Shown piece by piece: positions 43,080 to 53,902 of a DNA stretch of 64,000 nucleotides. Positions within the stretch are counted from its first letter, which is position 1, and each line of letters opens with the position of its first letter. Both the position numbers and the translations under genes were made by a program. Source of the stretch: Diplonema japonicum (Eukaryota > Protista > Euglenozoa: Diplonemea); NCBI GenBank assembly GCA_964019335.1, contig OZ025761.1:124001-188000 (forward strand), read 5' to 3'. Under the pieces are notes generated by a model that saw only the letters and a list, made by a program, of their open reading frames with translations, did no database searches and was not told the origin of the DNA.

Positions 43080-44131
43080 CGCTCGAAGCGTGGCGGGTGA
43101 GGAGGATAATCGCCGGGGCGGTGCCGTACCTCAGCCCGTATGCGAAACAAGTTTTACTCTCCCCTCCTGAAGAACCTGATGAGGAGGGAGGTGAAGGGAG
43201 CGAGGAAGAAGCCGACCACCTGGGTAGGGGGAGGACGGACAAAGCAGCGGGAACGCTCAATTGCGATGTTTGTGATGCTGCGAAGGGCAGCACAGTTAGG
43301 TTGCTGCGACACCAGCTTTGGGAGTGCGAGGTCGCATTGGAGGTGCAGAAGAGGAGGTATATACCGGTCTGGTCAGGAGCGAAAGGTGGCCGGTCTGTTT
43401 GGAGCTGCACGGGATTCTCCCGAGGAAGGTCGTGTTCCGCGGTTTGGAGAGGCTGCAGAGGTATTTGGCAGAGGTGGTGAGGCGCAGGGACGATGCTCTG
43501 GCGGTGAAGCGGTTCGCGGTTGAGAAGGAACCGCCGTGGATGGTGACGACTCAAGGAAGGCGTTTCGAGGCGCCAAAGGTTGTGGAACTGTACAAGCTCA
43601 AGCTGACCCCGCAGCTCAGGGAGTATGGTGATCAGGTGCTGAGATGGCTGGCTGCGCTGCGGTGGGCGGAGGAGGGAACGTCCGTGTCGGCGATCAAGCT
43701 GGCGATTGACTTCGAGTGCTACACGAAGAAGACGCTGGGGGTTAACATCAACACGACGATTGACATCGACACGAAGGCGGTGAGGGTCAAGCGGATCCTG
43801 GATACGCTGCAAGCGACATGGATGAGGGAGAAGAGGAGACGCGCTTTTCCGGCGCAGTCATGCAAGAACGTGAGATCACTACGATCCATTGGCCGCGACC
43901 ACGTCGTTGGCTTTGATAGGAGGGCCCTGTTTGCATCGGGGCTGACGGCGACCAAGCTGAAAGGACTGAGAGAAGATTACCGGAAGGAAAGGATTGGAAG
44001 ATATAAACGACAGCTAGGCACTACGGTGGGTAGCAGGGAACGACCCCAAAAGGGGAGCATCATAAGGTAGGCACGCCACCGCGGCGGGCCGTTGCTAACC
44101 ACTTCGTTCCTATCATAGTGAATTATTTTTT
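43080..44131 (+). mobile_element. 3' part of a second T-tailed LINE subfamily
   Basis: CDVC...HQLWEC, WPVCLELHGI and terminal PQKGSIIR* parallel the LINE at 6048-6870 (HTLWDC, WPRCTQLHGI, PQQKGSIKR*). The last ~170 bp are repeated at 52873-53040. Confidence 0.7.
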
Positions 44132-44150
44132 AGTACTCACAAAAAAGGAA

Positions 44151-46845
44151 ATGAGATGCACGCCACTGCTTTGCTTCATCCTGCCGACGGATGACGCTGC
44201 AACAATCTTCGCAAAGAAGCTGATCATGATTTCGATGCCGTTGATAACAATTTACTTTGTTTGGAACTTCGTAGTAGACGGTGAGAACATGTTGCTTCAA
44301 ACAAGGAAGGCAGTAAGTGCAGCATCCGCGGCGGCCATGGTGGCGCAGCTCGTGATCGAGAAGAGGGTGCGGCTTGGAGTACTTGAGGCTTTTTTATACT
44401 TATTGTGTGTCATCTTCTGTACGGGAGACCTTGTAGCAATTACCAAAATGTATGGGGACAGGATGTGGCCCTACTTCGTAGTGTTAAGATGTGTGCCTCG
44501 TGTGCAAGATGCCCACACGAGTCAGCGTTAACCTCATCGTCATCCTCCTCACATGGCTCCTTGTTGTTACCGTCGAGAGCTCTTTCCGCTTTGGGCTCTT
44601 CGACCTCTTCTTCCTAACCAGCCAAGAGGACCGCTTCGAGGTTGTGGACTGCACTGAGCTCCCCTGCAAGGCACCTGTCATTCAAGCATTTAGCGCTTTC
44701 ATTTCCAAGAATATTATTTTCCTCCTGGACTTCTACTTCACCCGTGGCTTTGCATACGACCTCCAAATGGAGCACGACAAGATGAACAAGGTTATCACGG
44801 CGGCCGAGCAGATCTCCACCTCCCTCTCCCGCTTCGACCTCACCGCTGCTGAGTCTGTCATCAACGACGCCTCCCTCCCAGACCCTCTCTACGACTCTTT
44901 CAACCCGTCCCTACCTTCCCCAGTCCTGTTTCCAGGGTGAAGACTTCACTGATTCCTCTGAGTGTGGAGGGGAAAAGTCGCCCAGCGACTCGGATTCCTT
45001 TGCGTCCACTAAGTCATTTAGCTCTTCTGTAGCGTTCTCAGAAAACAAATTAGAATCCACGAAAGCACTCGAAGCCACGAGAGCACTCGAAAAGAGGAGA
45101 TGTACCTTCACTGTGGCGAACATGCTTGGGTCACACAGCGAAGCATCGAGGGACATCGTGGCATACCAAGTGAGGTACAAGGAGTTCATGGAGGGAGTCC
45201 TTTCCTGCTACTCCCGTGTGTCAGGTGTTGTGAGTGTTGTGGTTGGGGACCATGTGCATGTTTCCTTCAATGCTGTGAGGAGGTGTGTAAGCCATGCTGT
45301 GAGTGCGATACAGGGGACAATGGATCTGCACAGGGGCCCATGAGAAGGGGATCGATGTGGTGACAGGGGTGGCGAGCGGGACAGCTTTCTGCGGCCCATT
45401 GGGATGTGCTGAGCTCATGTCGGTTGGAGTGATCGGACCCTCTGCTGTGGTGGCTTCTGTGGTTCAGGACTTTGCAAGGTCCCAGGGACTGAAGGTAGCT
45501 GAAATGGTTTTAAGTTAGGATGAAGAAGCGAAGAAATAGATAAAAAGGGGTGGGAAAGAATAAATACTGCATACGAAAACAGAGAGTCGAGTAAAAAAGG
45601 GAAAAGGTGACTGACATCCTCAAGAGGAGCCTCCCACGTACCAGGAATTAAGCAGAGGTTGCTTCCATGGCCCGTATCAGTCTATCGCCAGAAAGAATAA
45701 TGAAAATAACATAACAAAGAGAAGGGGAGAAGAAACGGAAAAAGACGGCTTGGTCATCAGAGAATGTTGACCCAAATGCGTCGGCGGACGCAGTTTAACG
45801 TCATACCCGGGACGGAAACCATGTTGGGAAAGCAGAAGGGAAGTTAAAAGACAAGAAGTGGAAAAGGAAAAGGTGGAAACTAAAATCATAGGGTGCGAGG
45901 TCTGTGAGACCCTGCATAGCCTATCGCCCTCGTAGCACGCCGGGCCGGCACTCCTACATTGCGTAGGGTCGTCTCCAGTAGTTCCTAGTTGTAGGAGTTC
46001 AGCACAGTCGACCACTGTGACTCGCTGTAGTAGAGGGTCCCTGCCCCCACGAAGTCAGCGAGTAGGGCTGCCACAGTCGGATACGACTTGTCCTTGAACC
46101 CTTGGGTCTGCAACCGAAAGCCCTGTTCCTGGCGGGAAGCGTAGAGCCACGTCGATAACAGACCAGCAGACACGGGATCGCGACGCGTGTGTCGAGGGGG
46201 ACCGTGACCATGGGGGTCTCACCCAGGAAGTGTGTGCAAGCCCTGGACATGCAGCTGAGGTCAAAGACGGCCTCGCCCTGGGAAAGGAAGCCCAGGTGTC
46301 GAAGCTCATCCAGGTCCTCAGGGCCGTCGACGTCTGCTTCCCTGGTGAGCCTCTTAAGGGCGACAAGTCCAGTGACTCTGGTGTTCGGCCTCGTCGCGGC
46401 GAGATCCCGTTTGGCCGCGGGAAGGGCGGGGCCGTCTTCGGGTTCCGGGCGTTTGTTCCTCTGCCCGTTGTAGGTGAGCAGGAGAGGGGTCCTCCCTGGA
46501 GTCCTAGACTCGTCACCTCTTGGGGCCTCGGAACCGAAGAGTGGGTGTTTCCAGCCGCCTTGGGCGAAGAACTCCGACCACCACTGTTGCTGTACCGCGG
46601 TGTTCAGCCCCGAGTGCCATTCGTGAGACAACCGAAGACGTTCGGTGGTAGGCAACGCCTTGTGCGCAATCAGAAGAAGCTGTTCCTGGTTGGCGACGGT
46701 TGCCTGTTGGTCGGCAGTTCTATCCGTGTCACGGGCCTCGAGCAGCAGTTGATGTGGAGAGGTGTCCAGGTGCATCGGGAGGGGACCGACCGACAGGTAG
46801 CCTGCAGTGGCAGTGTGTACAGTGAAGCACTCGAAGCCACGAAGA
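44151..46845 (+). pseudogene. Pseudo-cyclase paralogue, frameshifted and interrupted by a 1.3-kb insertion
   Basis: Homology breaks at gaaggtagc (45499) and resumes at aggtagcctgcagtgg (46795). Confidence 0.75.
45500..46794 (-). mobile_element. Unclassified insertion (probable retroelement 3' end) with 7-bp TSD AGGTAGC
   Basis: AGGTAGC at 45493-45499 and 46795-46801. It has minus-strand ORF remnants, and its 3' part recurs at 21857-21975, 22403-22432 and 30398-30550. Confidence 0.6.
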
Positions 46846-47077
46846 CGAAAACAGCTAAACAAATTCACGACGGAACCATTACCAGAAAACCACAGAGGCG
46901 GTGGCGCTACCCGTACCTCCTAAGGGATTCACCGAAAGGCCGCACCGACAGCGCTTATTGAGTACCTGTTATTAATCACTTCAGCCATCTACCGGTCAGC
47001 CAAAGCTTAGCGGGAGAGTTAAGTTTTACCTGTATTCTTATTTCTCTTCTGGGAACCGTTTTTCCTCCTTTTTTTTT

Positions 47078-47217
47078 TGTTACAAATATTTATCTTTCAA
47101 AAAATGATTTTATAACTATATGCAACTTGTGCCGGGCAAAAAACTTTCGCAGCTTTTTAAAAAACCTTTTTTGCTCGTGCGAACAACAAAGACATATAGT
47201 CATAAAGAATTATTTTT
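47078..47217 (+). repeat. ~140-bp palindromic repeat, solo form of YR-retroelement termini
   Basis: Near-identical to 9691-9831 and preceded by a T-run. Confidence 0.8.
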
Positions 47218-47270
47218 ATATTAAACCCACAAAAAAAGGCAATATGAGATGCACGCCACTGCTTTGTTTC

Positions 47271-47952
47271 TCCCAAACACCAGCACCCCCCTACAATGAC
47301 CTCGATCCTTCACCAAATGGGAAGGTAATATGCCAAGTGCTGAGATACCTCACATCGGGGTCCACAGTGCTGTGTTTGATTGCTTTCACGCTTTTACAAT
47401 GGTAACTGTCGACCGGTAATCTTTTATGCCAGCCTTGCGGATGATGTCCATGAGCACCCACAAGGCCAGAAACTGATAGATATCGTCCACAGTGAAGTCA
47501 AAGTCGGGGTTGTGGTACTTGCAAACGGTGCAAAGAGATTTCACAAACCCCATTGAGATGAACAGCTTGGAAATCCTTGATGCACTCATGTGGGAAAAGG
47601 GTGATTTCTGCCCCCCCTGTGCCCTGTCACTTCTTACGCGTAACCTGCGTAATATCGCTCTCCCATGGCATATTTTCACTCTTCTCGTCACTACTGGCGG
47701 TGAGAATGTCCCCTTGGGCACTCCCGAACTCGTCTGAATCAGTACTGCTCATATGAGCTTTCGTGCCACCAAAAACTGGTTTCGAGGGTGTTTTTGGAGG
47801 TTAATCTAGGGGCCAAAAGTGATTTTCGATGGAAAAGAAATCGCGGAACTAGGTCATTCTGTACAAGGGTAAGGGTCTATGGTACTTAAAATGCCTATAC
47901 AAAAATTTTATTTTTTTGATCGCTAGATATCTAGCGCTTCGTCCTTTAATGG
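47271..47952 (-). mobile_element. Truncated piggyBac (second family) 5' end
   Basis: DDIYQFLALWVLMDIIRKAGIKDY is transposase-like. The terminus gtcctttaatgg + TTAA (47953-47956) matches the MITE ends at 53368/53784. Confidence 0.65.
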
Positions 47953-47975
47953 TTAAACCCACAAAAAAAGGCAAT

Positions 47976-49673
47976 ATGAGATGCACGCCACTGCTTTGCT
48001 TCGTCCTGCCGACGGATGACGCTGCAACAATCTTCGCCAAGAAGCTGATCATGATTACAGCGCTTGCAACATCCATTGTCTTTAGTTTGAACTTCGTAAT
48101 AATTGGTGGGAACACGGTCTTTCAAACAAGGAGGGTAGTAATTGCAGTAATCGCGACGGCCTTGGGGGTGCAGCTCGTGATCGAGAAGAGGGTGCGGTTT
48201 GGAGTATTTGAGGCATTTGCATACTTTATGGGTATTGCGTTTTGCATGGGGGACCTTGTAGCAATTACCAAAATGTATGGGGAAAGGATGTGGCCTTTCT
48301 TCATACTGATGATTGATGGGTGCCTCGTGTGCAAGATGCCCACACGAGTCAGCACTAACCTCATAGCCATACTCGTCGCATGGCTCCTTGTTGTTACCGT
48401 CGAGAGCTCTTTTCGATTTGGGCTCTTCGACCTCTTCTTCCTAACCAGCCAAGAGGACCGCTTCGAGGTTGTGGACTGCACTGAGCTCCCCTGCAAGATA
48501 CCTATCGGTCCTGCATTTAGTGGTTTCGCCACCAAGAGCATGATCTTCCTCCTGGACTTCTACTTCACCCGTGGCTTTGCATACGATCTCCAAAGGGAGC
48601 ACGACAAAATGAACAAGGTTATCACGGCGGCCGAGCAGATCTCCACCTCCCTCTCCCGCTTCAACCTCACCGCTGCTGAGTCTGTCATCAACGACGCCTC
48701 CCTCCCAGACCCTCTCTACGACTCTTTCAGCCGCATCCTCTGCAACCTCCACATCTACCGTCCCTACCTTCCCCAGTCCTGTTTCCAGGGTGAAGACTTC
48801 ACTGATTCCTCTGAGTGTGGAGGGGAAAAGTCGCCCAGCGACTCGGATTCCTTCAACAGCAGGGAAGTGTCTACTAACTCATATCGCTCTTCTACAGTGT
48901 GCTCCGCAAACCACCAACTAGAGTCCACGAGAGCACTCGAAAAGAGGAGATGTACCTTCACTGTGGCGAACATGCTTGGGTCACACAGCGAAGCATCGAG
49001 GGACATCGTGGCATACCAAATGAGGTACAAGGAGTTCATGGAGGAAGTCCTTTCCTGCTACTCCCGTGTGTCAGGTGTTGTGAGTGTTGTGGTTGGGGAC
49101 CATGTGCATGTTTCCTTCAATGCTGTGAGGAGGTGTGTAAGCCATGCTGTGAGTGCGATACAGGGGACAATGGATCTGCACACTGGGGCCCATGAGAAGG
49201 GGATCGATGTGGTGACAGGGGTGGCGAGCGGGACAGCTTTCTGCGGCCCATTGGGATGTGCTGAGCTCATGTCGGTTGGAGTGATCGGGCCCTCTGCTGT
49301 GGTGGCTTCTGTGGTTCAGGACTTTGCAAGGTCCCAGGGACTGAAGGTAGCCTGCAGTGGCAGTGTGTACAGCGAGGTGTCTCATGCCTTCACAATGCGG
49401 ATCGTGTTGGAAACGGTGGGGGTGGTGGGATCGAAGGCTGTTGAGCTTGGGTACGAGGTACTGGTGGAAAGCAAGGACAAGGAGAAAGTCGAGGAGGAGT
49501 GGATGTACCAGCTGGAGGAGCGTCCGTGGGATTCCTACAACACAGCAGGGAAGCAGTACCTCCTTGGGAACGTTGAGGAGGCCCTTCGTGTTCTGAGGAT
49601 CGAACGGGTGAGGAGTGAAGAAGTTCTGGTCGCAGAGACCGTTTTGGTGGCGATGATTATGGAGGGGGCATAA
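47976..49673 (+). CDS. Multi-TM pseudo-cyclase (copy)
   Basis: Intact ORF from the MRCTPLL start. Confidence 0.75.
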   Translation: MRCTPLLCFVLPTDDAATIFAKKLIMITALATSIVFSLNFVIIGGNTVFQTRRVVIAVIATALGVQLVIEKRVRFGVFEAFAYFMGIAFCMGDLVAITKMYGERMWPFFILMIDGCLVCKMPTRVSTNLIAILVAWLLVVTVESSFRFGLFDLFFLTSQEDRFEVVDCTELPCKIPIGPAFSGFATKSMIFLLDFYFTRGFAYDLQREHDKMNKVITAAEQISTSLSRFNLTAAESVINDASLPDPLYDSFSRILCNLHIYRPYLPQSCFQGEDFTDSSECGGEKSPSDSDSFNSREVSTNSYRSSTVCSANHQLESTRALEKRRCTFTVANMLGSHSEASRDIVAYQMRYKEFMEEVLSCYSRVSGVVSVVVGDHVHVSFNAVRRCVSHAVSAIQGTMDLHTGAHEKGIDVVTGVASGTAFCGPLGCAELMSVGVIGPSAVVASVVQDFARSQGLKVACSGSVYSEVSHAFTMRIVLETVGVVGSKAVELGYEVLVESKDKEKVEEEWMYQLEERPWDSYNTAGKQYLLGNVEEALRVLRIERVRSEEVLVAETVLVAMIMEGA

Positions 49674-49958
49674 CATGGAACTAATCACTTTGTGGCGATT
49701 GGCTTTGAAATGATTGGTTTCCACCAGTTATCAAATATGATTTAAGAAATTGAAGGAGGAAATAGGAAATAAAAAGAATAAAAGGAAAAACTACAAGCAC
49801 TGCGGGTAAATTTGAGCAGTTCGGGGCTGTGGATTCTTGCAACACCGGGGATTGTACCTCACATTACTGTTTTTTTTTTTTTTCTTTTTTTTTCTTCTTC
49901 TTATTCTTCCCTTTGCAATATTACAACGACCTTGGGTCTTTTCTTTAATATACTACGG

Positions 49959-50201
49959 CCTGGGGTGTCGAGACGGGTTCTGCTACTCGGACCAGACTGC
50001 TGTGACGACTAGTTGTTTTATTTCTTATGCGACATGACCAGACTGGAACGGCCGCCCCGGGGCATCCTCTGCTCAACCCGGCGGACGTGGGAGGCCCTTC
50101 TTCGGAAGGTGCCAGTCGCTTGACCAGTGCCGTCGAATGCGCGCTATATTTTATAAGTACGCATAACAATCGATTGAAAAAAAAAGAACGCATACCAAGG
50201 G
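49959..50201. repeat. Dispersed GC-rich repeat with C(UUCG)G hairpin, intact copy
   Basis: Matches 7290-7340 + 8065-8186. Confidence 0.7.
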
Positions 50202-50399
50202 AGTAGTTTTATTTCACGACTCCATGAAATTGGAACTGAGCCTAGAGCTGAACCTGGGGGGAGAAATTGGCAGACGGAGAGGAAAAAGTTGCCCCACTGG
50301 GAACTGAACCGAGGCAAAAGTTTGGCAACTGAGGCATATTATTTACCGGAAACCCCTGTTACACTTCCCCGTGAAGTAAAGAGATTTGAGTAATGAGCC

Positions 50400-50559
50400 G
50401 GCGATGCTGCACGAAACGAGGAAAAACGTTTCCGTTTCCTTATTTTTCAGATACTTAAGGCGTGTTCCTTTCTTAAGGAAACGGCCCCAAGGTAAGGAAA
50501 CGTTTCCGTTTCCTTATTTTCAAAAAAGAGGCTTGGAAACGTTTCTTGCCAGCATAGCC
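50400..50559. mobile_element. Small MITE-like element
   Basis: Imperfect TIR ggcgatgctgcacgaaacg / cgtttcttgccagcatagcc, plus internal repeats aaacgtttccgtttccttattt x2. Confidence 0.5.
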
Positions 50560-50701
50560 CCCCCCCCCCCCCCCCCCCCCCAAGCAATTTCAGAAAGAAG
50601 TGAAATAGAGGGAGAGCAAAAGCTGACCCGACAGTAGTGTGTCGTACCACCCTTGGAAAAAAAAAAAAAAAAAAAAAAACCAGTAAAAAAAAAAAAAAGA
50701 A

Positions 50702-51439
50702 ATGTTGCTCAGCGCTGTGCTGCCCTATGGGAAGGAGCTCACCATCCCCGCCAGAGGAGATCTTTCGATAAGCGACCTGAAGGCGGAAATATCTTTGGAA
50801 TGCAATCTGCCCGCCGACAGCTTTGTGTTGTCCCGCAACAACGAACAGTTGGAAGAGGAGAAAACAGTTGCCGACTACCCCTTGCGCAACAGAGACAGCG
50901 TGCATGTTGAGATGAATAGAGTTGAAACAGCGGCCGAGTTTAAAGAACTGTTGAAAATGATAACGAAAGGGGAGGAAGAGGATCTGTGTGTGGAGGCCAT
51001 TGAGGCTCTCGAGGACCTGTTGTGTGGACAGGTTGAGACAAAAGATGTAGAAGTGCTGATTGCCTGCGTGGATCACGGATACGCTCATTGTGCCAAGGCA
51101 CTCATTGAAAGCAACATTTCTGATGTAAACGGGACGGTGAAATGGCCGTGGATAACGTTGACCCCCTTACGTCAGGCCGCCAGTAGGCACCATCTTGAGA
51201 TTGCGCACCTCCTACTCGATAACGGAGCCGATCCCGATTGCGGTTTCCCTTTGCACAAAGCTGCTTGCGCAGGTGACGCCTCTATGGTAAATCTTCTGTT
51301 GTCTCACGGTGCCTCTGTTAACCTTAAAGACACTTATGACAGAACACCCCTCAGCTGTGCATGGAGTAACGGTATTATACAGCACATCTTGAAGGAGCAC
51401 GGTGCCGTGGCTTCGAAGAAAGGTGGTAAAAAGAAATAG
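50702..51439 (+). CDS. Ubiquitin-like domain + ankyrin repeat protein
   Basis: UBL (ISDLKAEI...QLEEEKTVADYPLRNRDSVHV); ankyrin motifs TPLRQAA..LLDNGAD, PLHKAA..LLSHGASVN, RTPL. Confidence 0.85.
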   Translation: MLLSAVLPYGKELTIPARGDLSISDLKAEISLECNLPADSFVLSRNNEQLEEEKTVADYPLRNRDSVHVEMNRVETAAEFKELLKMITKGEEEDLCVEAIEALEDLLCGQVETKDVEVLIACVDHGYAHCAKALIESNISDVNGTVKWPWITLTPLRQAASRHHLEIAHLLLDNGADPDCGFPLHKAACAGDASMVNLLLSHGASVNLKDTYDRTPLSCAWSNGIIQHILKEHGAVASKKGGKKK

Positions 51440-52028
51440 GGGGTATTCTCTTTTTTTTGTTTTTTTTTTTTATTAATCGTGTCGGACCGCGAAGCGACCC
51501 CCATGTCTAATAAAGTTTAGCTCCCCCCCCCCTTTTTTTTGACCTTAACTTCCTCTCTCTCTCTCATTTTTCTCACTTTTTCATCTTTCTCCAGGGTTTG
51601 TTTTTTTTCTTTTTACCCGGCGCGTACCAACAACGGACAGTGTTCCTTCTAACGGACAGTGTTCCTTCTTTTTTTTTTTCCATCTCTCTAGGTGTGGCGA
51701 GGATCTGCAACACATCACATGGATGCACATTAAAAAAAAAACGTTCCCCTTTTGTTTAGACAAGTCAAAGACTCGTTCTTGCAAAAAAGAAAAAAAAAAA
51801 AAACACATCTCTTTTCAGTTGTTTGTTTCTCTTTTCTTTTTCATGTGGGGTGTCTCAAAGACCACCTTTCAACTCATATATTCTATTTTTCTTTTTTTTT
51901 TTCTTTTTTTTTTTTGTCTTTCTTTTAAACAATGCTGAGGCGCCGGGTAAAATGGACCAGACTGTGCGCATTCTGTAAAATAATCACCAGAACCAAGAGG
52001 TGGGAGGGGAAAAAAAAAAAGGAACAAC

Positions 52029-52403
52029 ATGGCAGTCACTTATGTATTTGTGGCAATCGGTGTGACTGTAGCAGTTTGCATATATTTCTATTACTTGAGG
52101 TGGCGGCGAGCCCGTTCTCAGAATGTTGTAATCACTACAGCTGTGGTGGTGCCGTTTGCACGTCAGGAGGCATGCCCCCCTGCTGCACCTGCATCCCCCC
52201 CGCATGTTGTTCAAGCTCCCCCCCCTGGGCCTTATCAGTATGCGGCACCTTCTAACCCATATGGCGCGCAGCAACCTCCTGTTGTAGAGCAGTATGCTCC
52301 ACCTCCGTGTGCTTACGCCGCGCAACCAATACCTGAAGCTAAGCCTGAACACTACCCTGAGGAACACTACCCTGCCCCCTCCGCTCCACCCCTCGCGACA
52401 TAG
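52029..52403 (+). CDS. Small single-TM Pro/Tyr-rich protein
   Basis: N-terminal TM and Pro-rich tail ending YPAPSAPPL; paralogue at 55312. Confidence 0.65.
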   Translation: MAVTYVFVAIGVTVAVCIYFYYLRWRRARSQNVVITTAVVVPFARQEACPPAAPASPPHVVQAPPPGPYQYAAPSNPYGAQQPPVVEQYAPPPCAYAAQPIPEAKPEHYPEEHYPAPSAPPLAT

Positions 52404-52505
52404 GCAGTCGCACGTCTGCTGCCTTTTACTGCTTGATTGCACTAGTAAGGAAGTGAGGGAAAACAGTTTGTTTTTCTTCTTTTTTTTTTTTTTTTTTCTT
52501 TCCAA

Positions 52506-52639
52506 GGTGGTGGGGATAACATGAAAATATAAGAAAAACATCAGATGTGTTGTTCGCTGTTGACCTCCTCGTCGGTCATCACCGGTAGCGCCCGAGTGGA
52601 AGAACATAATGCAGATGCTCAGGGTGACGAACAGGCAGC
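52506..52639 (+). ncRNA. HDV-like ribozyme
   Basis: Same core; P4 CGCCCGAG/CTC(A)GGGTG; catalytic C52628; P2 GCTGTTG/CA(G)GCAGC. Confidence 0.8.
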
Positions 52640-52834
52640 AAACTGCACGAGCGCAGAAACTTGGTTACCCGGGACGCACCGGCTGGGGTTGAGCTGCACA
52701 CCGCACGCATTAAGGACACGACGCGGAACGCAGAAGAAGCTGCAACTCGGCCGCGGTGCGCCCCCTGTAATCAAGTAGACAGTTCTTGTGCAGGGCGCCG
52801 CCAACACCGGCCTCCTTTAACTCATATTTTTTTT
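52506..52834 (+). mobile_element. Ribozyme-headed, T-tailed SINE-like element, copy 2
   Basis: Homologous to 26005-26349. Confidence 0.85.
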
Positions 52835-52872
52835 GCTCGAATCGCCCTGTTTTTTTTTTTTTTTTTTTTTTA

Positions 52873-53094
52873 AAGACTGAGAGAAGATTACCGGAAGGAA
52901 AGGATTGGAAGATATAAACGACAGCTAGGCACTACGGTGGGTAGCAGGGAACGACCCCAAAAGGGGAGCATCATAAGGTAGGCACGCCACCGCGGCGGGC
53001 CGTTGCTAACCACTTCGTTCCTATCATAGTGAATTTTCTTTAGGCGATCCTGTCACATACTGCAGGTTCCCTCAAAGACATCTTTTTTTTTTTT
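52873..53094 (+). mobile_element. Two stacked 3' tips of T-tailed LINEs
   Basis: 52873-53040 matches 43960-44125. 53043-53094 is cctgtcacatactgcaggttccctcaaagacatc + T-run. Confidence 0.7.
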
Positions 53095-53367
53095 GCAGGA
53101 ACGAGTCTTTGACTTGTCTAAACAAAAGGGGAACGTTGGCAACGTGTTTCGGGTTGACAAACTTCTCCAGGTTTTACCCGGCACGCGTTTTTTATATGGA
53201 CCGGCACGTACAAACAACGGCCAGTTCCTCTTTTTTTTTTTTTTTTTTGTTTTAACAATATTATTGTCGAGACTAAAAACTAGTTGATGGCAGCGTAATG
53301 AGCTATTTTATTAGGTAAAATTCCGCTCGTGCGCACAAACAAATGGAGCGCCAAACTAGTTTTTTAA

Positions 53368-53784
53368 CCATTAAAAGGACCATTACTAAGACCTATTGTT
53401 TTTCCCGTGATTTTTTCTTCTTTTTTTTTTTATATCTGAAATACCCCCTTTTTTTTTGCGCGAAAAGAACAAACAAACCCCCCCCCCCCCCCCCCCCGTT
53501 CTGCGCAACAGCAAATACATCCCCGGTGGCACGGTTCAACTCCGGAAGACGACAGTGGGCAGGAAGAAAAACGACATCTGTGAAGAAAAAAAAGCAAGTG
53601 AGGGAGTACAGTGTCGCGTAGCTGCCTTAGCATGTCGAAAAAGAAGTGGAATTTAAAAAAAAAAAAAAAAGAAAAGAAATAGTGTACTTTCCTATGGTTA
53701 AATTCTCGCATTTCTTTTTTTCCAGGATCATAAATAGACGGGTTCTTGGAACTTTTTTGGCCAAAACCCTCGGTCCTTCAATGG
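53368..53784. mobile_element. piggyBac-type MITE
   Basis: TTAA on both sides; TIR ccattaaaaggacc / ggtccttcaatgg. It contains an insert ending in the ingi-like 3' tip. Confidence 0.7.
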
Positions 53785-53902
53785 TTAAAAAAAAAGGGGG
53801 GGGGGAGGCTCTCTTCAAGTGTTTAATTCTCTTTTTTCGAGCTGATCGTCGTGCGCCAAAAAAAAAAGCTTTTTTTTTAAAAAAAAAGAGAACACGAGGA
53901 AA

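Noticed and set aside
50049-50120. HDV-like fold in the UUCG repeat (either strand)
   Set aside because: L3 is too short, extra bases lie between P3 and P1, and P3 does not close on the minus strand.
51585-53230. Short shared segments at 51585-51790, 53090-53230 and 63760-63830
   Set aside because: Clearly repeated but too fragmentary to define boundaries or class.
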